Of a stretch of DNA of 64,000 bases, positions 40,360 through 53,434 are shown piece after piece. The DNA comes from Octopus vulgaris. Its lineage: Eukaryota. The position numbers were made by a program, and so were the translations under genes. Positions within the stretch are counted from its first letter, which is position 1; every line of letters begins with the position of its first letter. The notes below the pieces were generated by a model, which did not search any database, was not told the origin of the DNA, and was given only the letters and a program-made list of their open reading frames with translations. The stretch is taken from the NCBI GenBank assembly GCA_951406725.2, contig OX597821.1:113088001-113152000 (forward strand), given 5' to 3'.

Positions 40360-41761
40360 TGGTTGTCTAATCCTTATGCAGAGTATGACCACCACCTGTA
40401 CCTACTTCTTAGATCCATCATGGCATCTGATGTGGCTTTTTAAACCAGACAATGCTTTGAAAAGACACTCAGGTAGATTGCATATTTGGACCACCAAGAT
40501 CTGCAGATAAGTTCTGATCTTTTTGGATGTTAGAATGTAAATGTATATGTGTGTTAGTCTCCCCACTGCCACTTGGCAACTGGTGTTGGTGTGTTTACGC
40601 CTCGGTAACTTAGCAATTCAGCAAAGGAGACTGATAGAATAAATATGAGGCTAAAAATAATAAGAGGTACTGGGCTTGATACTTTCTAAAAATTCTTCAA
40701 AGCAATGTCCCAGCATGGCCATAGTCTAATAACTAAAATGTGTGTGTGTGTCCACCACTACCTTTGGAAAACTGGTGTTGGTTTGTTTACATCTCTATAA
40801 CTTAACAGTTGAGCAAGACAGACTGACAGAATGTCAGTCCTAAAAATAAGTAGTGGAGGGGTGATTCATTCAAGCCTTGGAGGTGGTGCTCCAGCATGGC
40901 TGCTGTCCAATAACTGAAACAAGTGGAAGATAAAAGATAATGCCCAACAATGCTTAGAAATGGCCAATCAGTGGAAGACTGATTTATGTATAAGATAAAC
41001 ATTGGTATTGCATCGAATGTCAAACTGGGTGGGCTTTTCTGGAGTGTCTTTTTATTTATACTTATTTGCAAAATTATTTTTGATCCATTAGATAATAATG
41101 GTTTCAAATTTTGGCACAATGTCTGCAGTTTTTTGGTGGGAGGGAGTTAAGTGAATTAGACCATCCCCCAGTATTCAACCGGTACTTACCGTATCAACCC
41201 TGGAAGGGTTGCGAGGCAGAGTTGACCTTGGCTGAATTTGAACTCACAACGTAGAGACTGGCAAAATGCCCTCAAGCATTTTTCCCAGCATGCTAAAAAT
41301 TCAGCCAGCTCAACGCCTCCAGCCATTAGATAATTATAAAACAAAAATTTAATTAATTATGGCTGGTGATTAAAGATTTTGATCAATTTTTAAATTACCT
41401 CAAGATGAGATATTTTATATTCATAGTAAAACAACAACAGCAGTAACAACAACAACACCAAGATAGATAACATAATTTGCTGGAAATTTCGGTTACTAAA
41501 ACATATGGCACATGTCTGAGAGCTTCAACTTGTCTTTGTTTTGTTGGGGTTTTTTGTTTGTTTTTTTTTGCTTTACATGTTTCTAACTTCATGATTATTG
41601 TTTAAGAGGATTAATGATTTAACTGATTAAGATAAGCGGGTTTTATTTTGTATGATGCATTCAAGTTCAGACTATATCTGGTTTATACTGGAGAATTATT
41701 CAAACCTTTATATAATGAAATTTCCAGTCAACCTTCTGTTATTATCATCACCATCATCATC

Positions 41762-41793
<32 letters not shown>

Positions 41794-43149
41794 CATCATC
41801 AACAACAAGGACAATTCCCTTCTAATGCTGATTGTTGTCATCAGCCACTTAACATTTATTTCTCCATACTGTCGTCTTAGATTGGACATATCTCTTCAGC
41901 AGCTTATCCTCCTGTCATTTTTATTCTCTTTAATCTCTTCGGTGAGACATCAGCTTTTTCAGGATATGTCATAATCATTTGGTCACAAATCTCCATTCAT
42001 TCTACCTATGTCCGTTGCCCTCCACTGCCTCCTGCTACAACCATTCAATGTCATCATCAACGTCATCATCATCATCATCGTCATCATCATCATTTTTAAT
42101 GTCCATCTTCCTATGCTTGCATGGATTGGATGGAATTTGTTCAGGTAGCTTTTCTTCAGCTGCATGCTCTACCTGTCACCAACCCTCACCTGCTTCCAAG
42201 CAAAGTAGTGGAGGGGTGATTCATTCAAGCCTTGGAGGTGGTGCTCCAGCATGGCTGCTGTCCAATAACTGAAACAAGTGGAAGATAAAAGATAATGCCC
42301 AACAATGCTTAGAAATGGTCAATCAGTGGAAGACTGATTTATGTATAAGATAAACGTTGGTATTGTATCGAGTGTCAAACTGGGTGGGCTTTTCTGGAGT
42401 GTCTTTTTATTTATACTTATTTGCAAAGTTATCTTTGATCCATTAGATAATAATGGTTTCAAATTTTGGCACAAGGTCTGCAGTTTTTTGATGGGAGGGA
42501 GTTAAGTGAATTAGACCATCCCCAGTATTCAACAGGTACTTACCTGGCCAGACATGTTTTTATGGAAGATTGAAAACAAAGAACTCTGCTTGCATGACAG
42601 GGACACATATTTATAACTATCATATGACGTTCAGACAAAGAGAGTGTGTATACAAGCATACATACTCTCTCTCATTCATCACATATACACACACATTTCG
42701 TGATATAGCTAGAAGTGGTACATGGTTCCAGAATTTGGGACTTCATTATTACAATTCACACACACACATATGGTGCTGGTGACATGTATAAAAAGCACCC
42801 AGTGCACTTTGTAAAGTGGTTGGTGTTAGGAAGGGCATCTGCTGTAAAAACCCTGCCAAACGCAGACAGTGGAGCTTGGCACAGCCCTCCAGCTTGCCAA
42901 TTTGGAAGATGGACATTAAATCAGGACGATGATGGTACTTTATAATTATTCTCTCTTCTGTGTGTCTATCTTGTTGGGTGGTTGGTGATAGGAAGGGCAT
43001 CCAGCTGTAAAAACCATGTCAAAACAGACACAGGAGCTTGGTTCAGGCTCTTTCCTGGCTGGCTCCTGTCAAACCATCGAACCCATACCAGTATGGAAGG
43101 CGGATGTTAAATGATGATAATGTTGTACGTATATATATATATATATAGC

Positions 43150-43555
43150 AGAGGCATGGCTGTGTGGCTGAGAAGTTTGTTCTGGGTTCAATCCCACTGC
43201 ATGGCACCTCGGGAAAGTGTTTTCTACTCTAGCCCTGGCTTAACTTAAGCTTTGTGAATGGATTTGATTATGGAAACTGAAAGAAGCCTGTTGTGTATAT
43301 GTGCGTGTGTGTGTATGTGTGTCCTTGTGTTGACATCCTGTGATAATCGTAAGTGATCATCACTGCCACGCAAGCAGTGTCATCCATTTCCATTCTTCCA
43401 TGAAAACATGTCTGGCCATGAAGAAATATTACCTCACTTGGAAACAGGTGGAGGCTGGTGACAGGAAAGACATCCAACCACAGGAAATCTGCCTCTACAA
43501 ATTCCATCTGACTCATGAAGGCATGGAGAAGTAGATATTAAAGTGACGATGAAGA
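43150..43555 (+). mobile_element. Full-length SINE with tRNA-like head and RTE-type tail
   Basis: GGCATGGCTGTGTGG...GGTTCAATCCC head, (TG)n, tail GACAGGAAAGACATCCAACCACAGGAAATCTGCCTC...GATATTAAAGTGACGATG. Confidence 0.75.
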
Positions 43556-44575
43556 GGAGGAGGAGGATTTTTGGCATGATTTCTACAGCTGGATAAGCCT
43601 CCTCTCATCAGCCATTTTATAAACTGTACTTGATGCTCCTCATCATGGCACTGGCAGTAGAAAGACTGCATTAAAATGGTACCCAACCTCATCGATTCCA
43701 GTAAATATAATAAAACAAAATGGAATTAAAAACATTTTATATAGAATCATATTCTGTTTATTATTAATGTTTCTCGATTTATTTAAATCTTATTTTCTTC
43801 ACCCCCACCCACCCTTTGTTTTCCCATTCCAAGAAATTCAGACTTAGCAAGAACAGTTCCTTTAAATTCTGGACATTTTTCTCTTTCTTTCTCTACAATT
43901 ATTGGGTCTTTTTTGTATTTGTTTGTTTTGTTCTGCATTTCATGTGACTCATTCTCATCTCAGATTTTCTTTCGCTATTCGAACCTCTGCCTGGATTTAC
44001 TTTGCTAAGTAAATAAATAAATAAATAAATAAGTCAATCTTAAGCTTATTGATTTCATCTTCGTCTGATGTTCAGATTTAAAGTGTTTAAAGATAAACTT
44101 TTGCTGCTTTCAACAACGAATTATAATAAAATATTATCATCATAACCATCATTATTATTATTGTTGTTGCTATTGTTGTTTTATTACTGATGTTGCTGTA
44201 ATAAATGTCATGAACTTTTACATACAGTCTCCATCTTGAAATTTCCAAGATAAAAAAATATATATATGAAGGAAAGATTGATTTCAAAATTATTTAGTCA
44301 AAAATCAATTATCTATTAAATATCAATTGAAATAAGGTTATGAAACAACTGTAACAAAAAAAGAAATTTAGGAACTGCTTTAGATGAAAATCCTTAAGTT
44401 ATGAACTTTGTTGGAAATAATCAGTAACTATTATTTCATTCTGTTTATGAAGCATTAATAAACCCAGGAGGTTTAGCTGTAAAAGAGTAAAGGTTAATAT
44501 ATTATGTTGGGAAAAAAGTAAAGTTTTATTTTTTAAAAAAAGGTTTATTTTTTGATGTGTAAACACTCCAGTTAA

Positions 44576-45198
44576 CCCTTTTGATGCCAATTCAGCTGAA
44601 GTTGCTCCTGATTCTATGATACAAACTTCTTGTTTTATGGTGATCTAAATTTAAACCTTCCATCAAAATTCTATGTTAATTTGTTCCAAATACCAGTTTG
44701 ATAATATGAAGGGTATCTTACTAAATTCTTCATTATTCTAAAAATTAGTTAAAGCAAAAGTAATGTATTTTTTACAGAAATATGGTAAAAAAAGGGTTAT
44801 CTTACTAAATTCTTCATTATTCTAAAAATTAGTTGAAGCAAAAGTAATATATTTATTTGCAGAAATATGGTAACAAAAGGGTTAAAGTGATCTAAATTTA
44901 AATTTCCTATCAGAACTTCTCGTTAATTAATGTTACAAACACAATATTGATAATGACAGGTATTTTATTAAATTCTTCATTACTTTTAACTGAGGCAGTG
45001 TATTTCAATAGGAATATGGTAACAAAAGGGTTAAAGTGATCTAAATTTAAATCTCCCATTAAAACTTCATGTTAATTTATGTTCCAAACACCAACTTAAT
45101 AACGACAAATTTATTTTACCAGATTTTTCATTATTTTCCAAATTAATTGAAACAAATGCAGTGTAATTCATCAAAAATATATTAACAAAAAAGATTAA
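44576..45198. mobile_element. piggyBac-like MITE with tandemly amplified right end
   Basis: One left end TTAA|CCCTTTTG and four successive right ends (AAATATGGTAACAAAAGGGTTAA variants at ~44798, 44885, 45034, 45198). Confidence 0.75.
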
Positions 45199-45229
45199 AA
45201 TGTATATACATGGGGTCATATATCTACAT

Positions 45230-45570
45230 CGAATGATGCTTTTTACATGCCACTGGCATAGGACCATTAAGCCAGCACTGGCATCTGCCACATTTGAATG
45301 GTGCTTTTTACATACCACCAGCACAGGAGCCAGTCAGGCGGCACTGGCAATAATCACACTTGAATGGTGCTTTTCACATGCCACCAGCACGGGACCAGTC
45401 ACGCAGCACTGGCATTGATCATGCGCGAATGGTAATTTTTACATGCTACTGGTACAGAACCCGTCAGTCGGCACTGGCATCGACCATGCTCAAATGGTGC
45501 TTTTTACATGTCACTGGCACAGGTGCCAATCAGGTGGTATTGCCATCGGCCACAACAACAATTTCACTTG
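45230..45570 (-). repeat. ~63-bp minisatellite from the RTE 3' UTR (5 units)
   Basis: Unit GAATGGTGCTTTTTACATGCCAC.GGCAC.GGA.CCAGTCAGGCGGCACTGGCATCG; also at 5500-5660, 53435-53600, 56770-56935 and 58275-58445. Confidence 0.8.
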
Positions 45571-45931
45571 CCTCATTTTATATATATATATACAAACACA
45601 CACACACACTAATATCAATTTATGTAATGCCTTTAACATACTAGTTACTTGTGGTGGAATGGAAAAAGGGACACCAAATACTTTTCAGTATTGAGTGATG
45701 ATCCTTTATCTTCAGTGTTCAAATCTCACCAGTTTAACTTTTCCTTTCATCCCACCAAGGGTGATAAAAAAGGCAAATTTTATTTACATTCCTAAATTAT
45801 ATCCTAGATGTGAATGGAATTATTATAAAAAATTGAATTAAAATAAAGATCACTACATTAAAACTTATTTATATTTGTCCATTGTTTAGTAATTATTATT
45901 ATTATAATTATTATTATTATAATTATTATTA

Positions 45932-45978
<47 letters not shown>

Positions 45979-46531
45979 TCCAATCCTATCTATGTCCTTC
46001 CTGCCTCTTGTCTCTAATTGCCCCTTTTTAAAATCTGTTGTTTTCTTTTCTGTTACATCCCCCTTCATTTCTGTGTTAGATAAAAAGGGATTAGCTTAAT
46101 ACTGCTAATACAGCTATACAGTTAATCTTCATGAGTCATTATTTTCATGAATTAAATGAAACTCAATTTATAAATATATTTTTTATCTTTTTTTTTACAT
46201 GTTTTAGTCATTGGACTGTGGCCATGCTGGGGCACCACCTTGAAGGGTTTAGACAAACAAATTGAATCCAATGTTTTTTTTTTTAATTTTCTGTTGATCT
46301 CACATCCACTCTCAAAACTTTTATTGGCTTGGGGGCTGTAGTAGAAGACACTTGCCCAAGATTCCATGCAGTGGGACTGAACCCAAAACTACGCAAACAT
46401 CTTAACCATGCAACCACACCTGCACTTGGCAGTGCTCATTCAGAGTCAGAACCTGATGGTGATGACGATGATGAAATATATAAATAAATAGTAAGATCAT
46501 CAAAGTAAAATAAGGAAAGAAAACATGTGTA

Positions 46532-46700
46532 GGCATAGGAGTGGCGGTGTGGTAAGTTTCTTGCTTATGAACCACACGGACGGGTTCAGTCCTACTGCAT
46601 GATACCTTGGGCAAGTGTCTTCTACTATAGCCTCAGGCTGACCAAAGCCTTGTGAGTGGATTTGATAGACAGAAACTGAAAGAATCCTGTTGTATGTATG

Positions 46701-46741
<41 letters not shown>

Positions 46742-46985
46742 TTATGTATGTATGTATGTATGTGTGTGTGTGTGTACATGCTTGTGTGTCTGTGTTTGTC
46801 CCCCCAACATTGCCTGACAACTGATGCTGGTGTGTTTACATCCCTGTAAGTTAGCGGTTCAGCAAAACAGACTGATAGAATAAGTACTAGGCTTACAAAG
46901 AACAAGTCCGGGGTTGATTTGCTCAACAAAAGGCAGTGCTCCAGCATGGCCTCAGTCAAATGACTGAAACAAGTAAAAAAGTAAA
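46532..46985 (+). mobile_element. Full-length tRNA-derived SINE (dominant family)
   Basis: Same head, microsatellite and tail as 17494-17897; ends ~330 nt upstream of the MYO7A acceptor. Confidence 0.85.
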
Positions 46986-47314
46986 ATATGCGTTGAATAT
47001 TTTGATCTTCTACAGACATTGACTCAGCTTTTCATTCTTGTTGATGATTTTTGAGATAAAAACCAAACTAATCCATATTTGAAAAAGCAAGATAAAAACA
47101 GCAGCTGTTCTTTAATTCCTTATTAGAAGAACGAGGTCTTAAAATTTGTGAGCAAATTTTTAGGTTTTGTTTGAAAAGCTTTGATTTTTTTTTTTTTTTA
47201 TGGTTATCAATGCCTTTTCTGGAAGAAATCTTCTTTTTTTTTTTACCAGGAAAACCCTGCAAAAAAGATTGAAAGTAGATGATTTAAACTATAAGTTATG
47301 TTTTGTTCTTGCAG

Positions 47315-47428
47315 GGAGATCATGTGTGGCTGGAGCCAAAGACCAAAGAAGAATTTTCTGTGGCCATTGGTGCCAAGGTGAAATTTACAGAGTCTGGAAG
47401 AGTTCTTGTTGTCGATGACGATGGGAAA
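47315..47428 (+). CDS. MYO7A: Myosin VIIa, second coding exon (N-terminal SH3-like region before the motor domain)
   Basis: Acceptor ttttgttcttgcAG, 114 nt open frame GDHVWLEPKTKEEFSVAIGAKVKFTESGRVLVVDDDGK, donor GTAAGA, phase 0/0. It aligns without gaps to human MYO7A [38 protein letters not shown] (recalled sequence). Confidence 0.95.
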
Positions 47429-48599
47429 GTAAGAATTTTACTTTACAACATTCTTTTCTTTTGCCCTTTTAATTGTTAACTGTGATTGCCTTTTACAGGA
47501 AAATTACGCACCCAACACCAAATATTCTTCAAATTTTTATAACAAGATTGTTCTGAATTGCATAACCTATGTATACTTATGTTTTTTAAGTGTTCAGTAT
47601 GTGTTTGCTGGAAGGTCTGTTAGGCCTTCCAACAAACTCTCTCATTATTGGAGTACTCTAGGATTTATTGTGACTTGTTATTGGTGGATAATTTACTCCA
47701 TGGTTTTATCATAATAATTTTAACAACTAATCTGTCTCTCTGTCAACTTATCCATATGCCTATCTAACCTATATTTGTCCAGCTCAATATCTCAGTTTAT
47801 CTGTCTGTGCTTCTCTATAAATATTGATATCTACCAATCTGACTATGTTTCTCTATGTCTTCCTATCTATCTACCTATTTATCTCTCTCTCTCTTTGTGT
47901 AACTGTCTGTCGGCTCATCTATCGGCTCTCTTTTTCCGTTTTCTTTTCTCTTACATCTCTAAGAATTATCACTAATGTACCATTGTGGACATTTACTTGA
48001 AAGAAAAATCTTCTAAAACGTAAAACACACAACAACTGTCTGCTATTCTAAGTTGACTCATTTCCATTCTATTTTCGTTCACAACATTCTCTTCTGTATT
48101 TCCCAGTGATTGTTTATTTAGCTAACTCCTTGGTCCACTCTCCCCTCTGGTCTGACCATCTCAGACCTCTTCTGCAATCTCCCTGCTCTCTTTACCCCTC
48201 ATGCTTCCTTTCCTCTTCCTCTCTCTTCCTATATCTCTCCCTTCTCTCTCTTCCACCTCTCTCCCTCTCCACCATTCTACTGTATCTCTCTTACCACTCT
48301 TGAGCTCTCTCTCTCTCTCAGCTACACTTCCTTTGCATAAAGTTTTTCTTCTTTTTCAAGCTACGAAATAAATAAATAATTAAATAGACAAATAAATAAA
48401 TAAAAGAAGTATCGGTGGAGAGAGAGGGGTGGTGGTGGTGGTGGTGGTGGTAAACTAATATTAGCCTTGAGAAATTCAGAAAGAAAGCTATTAATTATTG
48501 TTTTTTATTCTAAGCAGACTGAGAATTATTCTTTAGAAAACAACATGTGAGAAAAGTCTCTGTTTAGTTTATTACCTATCTTATTTTAGGTTTAACTCT

Positions 48600-48601
48600 A
48601 T

Positions 48602-48641
<40 letters not shown>

Positions 48642-48646
48642 TAATT

Positions 48647-48682
<36 letters not shown>

Positions 48683-48859
48683 AATTTATATACACACACA
48701 CGTACATTAATTTGTGTATACACGCACACACTCACTCTCATCACCATTGCGCACATACCATCTCACACACACTCATATACATACACATACATGCCTACAC
48801 GCCCTCACACACACTCATGAGCACACAAATGCATACACACACATACACACATACATATA

Positions 48860-48920
<61 letters not shown>

Positions 48921-48976
48921 ACACACACATGCATATGCACATAATTACATATGCAGAAATACATACTCATATATGT

Positions 48977-49031
<55 letters not shown>

Positions 49032-49105
49032 TTCATTTACTCTTACACAAACACAGACATTTGCTCTCACTTACTCACTCATTCACACACACACACACAC
49101 ACACA
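48600..49105. repeat. (CA)n/(TA)n/(TG)n compound microsatellite field
   Basis: Direct inspection. Confidence 0.9.
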
Positions 49106-49387
49106 CCATTCCAAGCAGTCAATAGCTTATTTCTATTGTGGCTAAAAGTGTTTATTTAACGAGGTTTTGCTCAATGCTTATTTACCGAGTGTTTATTTAC
49201 CAATTTACATTAAGCTTCCATTCCTTTAATTAATATCCTTTCAATGGAGAAGTTTAATTTTCCTTCAGCATTGTAACATTTCGGTGCATATTTTACATTC
49301 ATAAAATTTATATCCTTCTTACGTAGTATTTACAGACTTAGAGACCAAACTCTTGTGATTTGGTAAACAGAAACTGAAAGAAGCCTG

Positions 49388-49434
<47 letters not shown>

Positions 49435-49438
<4 letters not shown>

Positions 49439-49846
49439 GGGCTGTACAAGCCATGTACAGGGATGGTGTCAGTAAGGTGAAGGTTGGCAACAAGTACAGT
49501 GAAGAATTCTGGGATCTCAGCCTCTTCTTATTCATCATAGTCCTCCAGGCAATAACAAACGAATTCAAGACAGGATGTCCCTGGGAGCTTCTTTATGATA
49601 ATGATCTTGCTCTAATTGCTGAGTCACTATCAGAACTAGAGAAGTTTCAGGTGTGGAAGCAGGGATTAGAATCGAAGGGCCTTAGTCAACCTAGCAAAAA
49701 CCTAAGTCTTAATAAGTAGGAAGGCAGATAAACTACAAATCCCTTCGGGTAGATGGCCTTGCTCAATCTGTAGAAAAGGCATAGGTAGAAACTCCATAAG
49801 ATGTACCCAGTGTAAGCTATGGACACATAGGAGGTGCAGCAATGTC
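49435..49846 (+). mobile_element. RTE-like LINE reverse-transcriptase fragment
   Basis: RAVQAMYRD...LSLFLFIIVLQAI...PWELLYDNDLALIAES (decayed YADD), then after a frameshift VNLAKT and the Cys-rich WPCSICRKGIGRNSIRCTQCKLWTHRRCS. Confidence 0.85.
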
Positions 49847-50548
49847 AGTGCGTAACTGGTACTTAATTTATCGACCCTGAAAGGATGAAAGGCAAAGTCA
49901 GCCTTGGCGGATATTTGAACTCAGAACGTAGCGGCAGACGAAATGCCTAATTCTTTTCTACCCGCAAGGGGCTAAACACAGAAAGGACAAACAAGGACAG
50001 ACAAATGGATTAAGTCGATTATATCGACCCCAGTGCGTAACTGGTACTTATTTAATCGACCCCAAAAGGATGAAAGGCAAAGTCAGCCTTGGCGGATATT
50101 TGAACTCAGAACGTAACGGCAGACGAAATATGGCTACGCATTTCGTCTGGCGTGCTAACATTTCTGCCACCTCGCCACCAACAAACAGTCCCACCTATGC
50201 CAGCATGGAAGGCAGATGTTAACTGATGATGATGATGATGATATATAAAGGCAGGAAATGCTAAATCTGATGATGAGAAGCAATAGGAACATATAGTTGA
50301 TACTCAATGTTGTCTTGCTGCTGAAAACTCCAACTTGAACTACAACTAAAAGCATGGCTGTTATGCCTGCCTAATTAATAGTGGATACAGGTAGTCTGTC
50401 AACTGAGCATGCACAAGCATAAACGGATAAATGTATAAACAGGTAAAACAAGTAGTATCAGGTTAGATTGTAACATTTACATAATTCAACATAGTGTTAC
50501 ACAAGAATAGATCATAAGAAAGAAGGAAGTAAATAGTTATGCAGAAAG

Positions 50549-50651
50549 TCCTTTACAGATGTTTCAAGAACAGACGTGCAGATGTGGTGCATGTTGTTCA
50601 AAACAGGCTGGAGTTATCCATATATAAGTGATCTATTCCATCATCAGAGGG
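50549..50651 (-). ncRNA. Hammerhead-like motif (Penelope-type), long loop II
   Basis: Minus strand: CCT-CTGATGA-TGGAATAGAT..GTCTGTTCTT-GAAA-C-ATCT-G-TA-AAGG. Stem I is imperfect. Confidence 0.45.
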
Positions 50652-51765
50652 AGGATGAGATATAGCAATGATTTATTCCATCATCAGAGAAAATGCGAGA
50701 ACTATTTTATAAAAAAAAAACATTGATTTATTACTACTGTGGACTATAGAGGAAGGCTATTCTTTTATGCTATGTATATATATATATATATGTGTGTGTG
50801 TGTATATATATATATGCATGTGTGTGTATGTGTGTTATCTCCTTGAACTGATGTGATGGTTGTAAAATCATTTCCCTGTCCTATAAGCAGTATTCTTTGT
50901 TACCAATCTTCATTGAAAATATATCCAGCTATGGGGAAATTTTGACTTACTTGAAAGCAGGTGCAGGTTAGTGACAGAAAGGGCATCCAGCCATTGGAAA
51001 TCCACCTCAATAAATTCCATTGATCCATGAAAGCATGGAGAAATGGATTCTGAAACGATGATGATGATTTCTATTGAGGAGGAACACAGTTGTTGATTAA
51101 GAAAGTCTAATCACTTAAATTTATGCATCATCTTAATATTCATTCTTCCATGCTTGCATGAGTCAGACAGAACTTGATGAAGTTGACTTTCTGCAATTGG
51201 GTACTCTTTCTGTCTCCAACCTTCATTCATCTGCCACTAAGTATGATAATATTTTCCCATGACTGGATATGCTTTTGTTATGAATGGGAATTTACCCCCC
51301 ACCTCTTATTTAGTGCTTATTCATTTAGAGTCTGATGTCTTTTGAGGAGAGGCACAGAGTTTCAGCTTAATTCTTTAGCATTTAATCCAGCCATAACCGG
51401 CCCAAATATTCTATCTGTTTTATGTTAAAACTGCCCACATAAAAAGCACCTTTCGAGCATTGGTCCTCATAACCAAGACCTTTGGCAATATGGTATACCT
51501 TAGTAGAAGACCCTTCAAACCAAGTGAAATTGTAGTCATGGCAAATACTGGTATCATGCAAATGGCACCCATGCCGGTGGCACATAAAAGCATCTGTTAC
51601 ACTCTCAGAGTGGTTAGTATTGGGAGTGACATCCAGCCATAGAAACCATGCCAAATCAGACTGGAGTCTGGTGCAACCCCTCAGCTTACCATCCCTAGCA
51701 AAACCGTCCAACCCATAGCAGCACGGAAAATGGATGTTTAATGATAATGATGATGATATATATAT

Positions 51766-51810
<45 letters not shown>

Positions 51811-51851
51811 TATACATATATATATATACACATACACACACATATATATAC

Positions 51852-51896
<45 letters not shown>

Positions 51897-52348
51897 CACA
51901 CACACATATATATACACACATATATATATATACACATATATACACACACATATATACACATATACATATATATATCATTCCATTTCATAGTGGTATGAGT
52001 TGAATTAGCCTGCAATATTGATATTCCAGATCTTCATTCTGTCCTTGGAATAAATTCTTTTGAAACTCTTGACACTTCAATAGCAGACCTTCCTGCCTTT
52101 CCTAACCTCCTGTTCACCTCTTGATACAACCAGATCTATCAATAGCACAATTATTATACACAATCACCAAACTGAATCATGGGAAAATGTTCAGGACATC
52201 GATTCAATTGAAGTTCTCTTTCTCTCCCCACCTCTCTCCCCTCTCCCCCTTTCTCTCTCACATACACACAAAGAGAGATTAATAGACACTCCTTGAATAC
52301 CACACTTAATGATGGTTTCTAAGTTTCTATCATTGAAAGACTATCTGC

Positions 52349-52416
<68 letters not shown>

Positions 52417-52422
52417 GTATAC

Positions 52423-52453
<31 letters not shown>

Positions 52454-52477
52454 AGGAAGATAAAACAAAGATAAAAC

Positions 52478-52626
52478 GCTAAAATAATTTTGTCATGAAA
52501 TACATTTTGTAACGGTTAGAACCGGTTTCAGTCTTTTCAACTTTTTCTACTAAGTTTGAAAAGTCGTAAACTCTGAAACCGGTACTAACCATTACAAATT
52601 GTATTTCATGATAAAATTATTTTAGC
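52478..52626. mobile_element. Penelope-type terminal inverted repeat
   Basis: ~54-bp arms GCTAAAATAATTTTGTCATGAAATAC...ACCGGTTTCAG / CTGAAACCGGT...ATTATTTTAGC, flanked by (TA)n; contains the GAAACCGGT half-motif only. Confidence 0.55.
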
Positions 52627-52688
52627 ATTTTCTACCCTTGTCTTATTTTGCTTTTACGTATCAGCTTGTGTGTTACTTTTCAACCTTC

Positions 52689-52736
<48 letters not shown>

Positions 52737-52781
52737 AAAGAGAGAGAGAGAAAATAGAATGAACAACACTGTTTATTTAAA

Positions 52782-52887
52782 ATCCCTACAATTGTTTCAA
52801 AACATTTTTATATCTGTAGTTCATTGGTGCAATGTTGTGTAATCATTATCATCCATCCAATGTGTAAAATGCACTTCCTCAGGTGAT
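52782..52887 (-). ncRNA. Hammerhead-like motif (Penelope-type)
   Basis: Minus strand: ATCAC-CTGAGGA-AGTGCATTTT..AAAATGTTTT-GAAA-C-AATT-G-TA-GGGAT; core intact, palindromic loop III. Confidence 0.5.
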
Positions 52888-53434
52888 AGTTCAAATAAGT
52901 CCTTCATTAGATCCTACTCTCATTTCACTCAGTCAATAACTGTAGATGAGCATCTGCAGAGTATAATACAAGGTTTCTACCTGAATCTCATTTAACTATA
53001 CATCCATCTTTCCATCCATCTGTCCATCTGTCTGTGTGTATATCTTTGAGTTTGTGTTTGTCCCCTGCCACTGCTCAACAGCTGGTATATTTGCAGCACC
53101 TTAACAGTTCAGAAAAAGTAACTGATAGAATAAGTTCCAGGCTTAAAATGAAATGGTTCTGATGTCAATGCATTCGACTAAAATTCTTCAGGGGCTGTTT
53201 TTACTACTTTTAATCTAATAAAAGAAAGAAGTAGAAGATAAAATGTGTTTGTTGTGTGTGTGTGTGCTTGCTTGTCCTGACATTGTGTGATAGTCGTAAA
53301 CGAATGTCACTGTCATACAAGCAGTGTCATTCATTTCCAGTATTCTACAAAAACATGTCTGATCATGAAAAGATACCACTTTGCTTGGAAACAGTGGAGG
53401 CTTGATGACAGAAAAGGATCTGATTGTAGAAAAT

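Larger units (their letters stand above)
4057..47314 (+). other. MYO7A: 43.3-kb GT-AG intron of MYO7A
   Basis: Bounded by the donor and acceptor of the two exons above; filled with repeats. Confidence 0.85.

Noticed and set aside
45230-45570. CRISPR-like repeat array
   Set aside because: The intervals are homologous to each other, the DNA is eukaryotic, and no cas genes are present; it is a LINE-UTR minisatellite.
47200-47418. 72-aa ORF overlapping the MYO7A exon
   Set aside because: Wrong reading frame; the true exon is defined by splice sites and myosin VIIa similarity.
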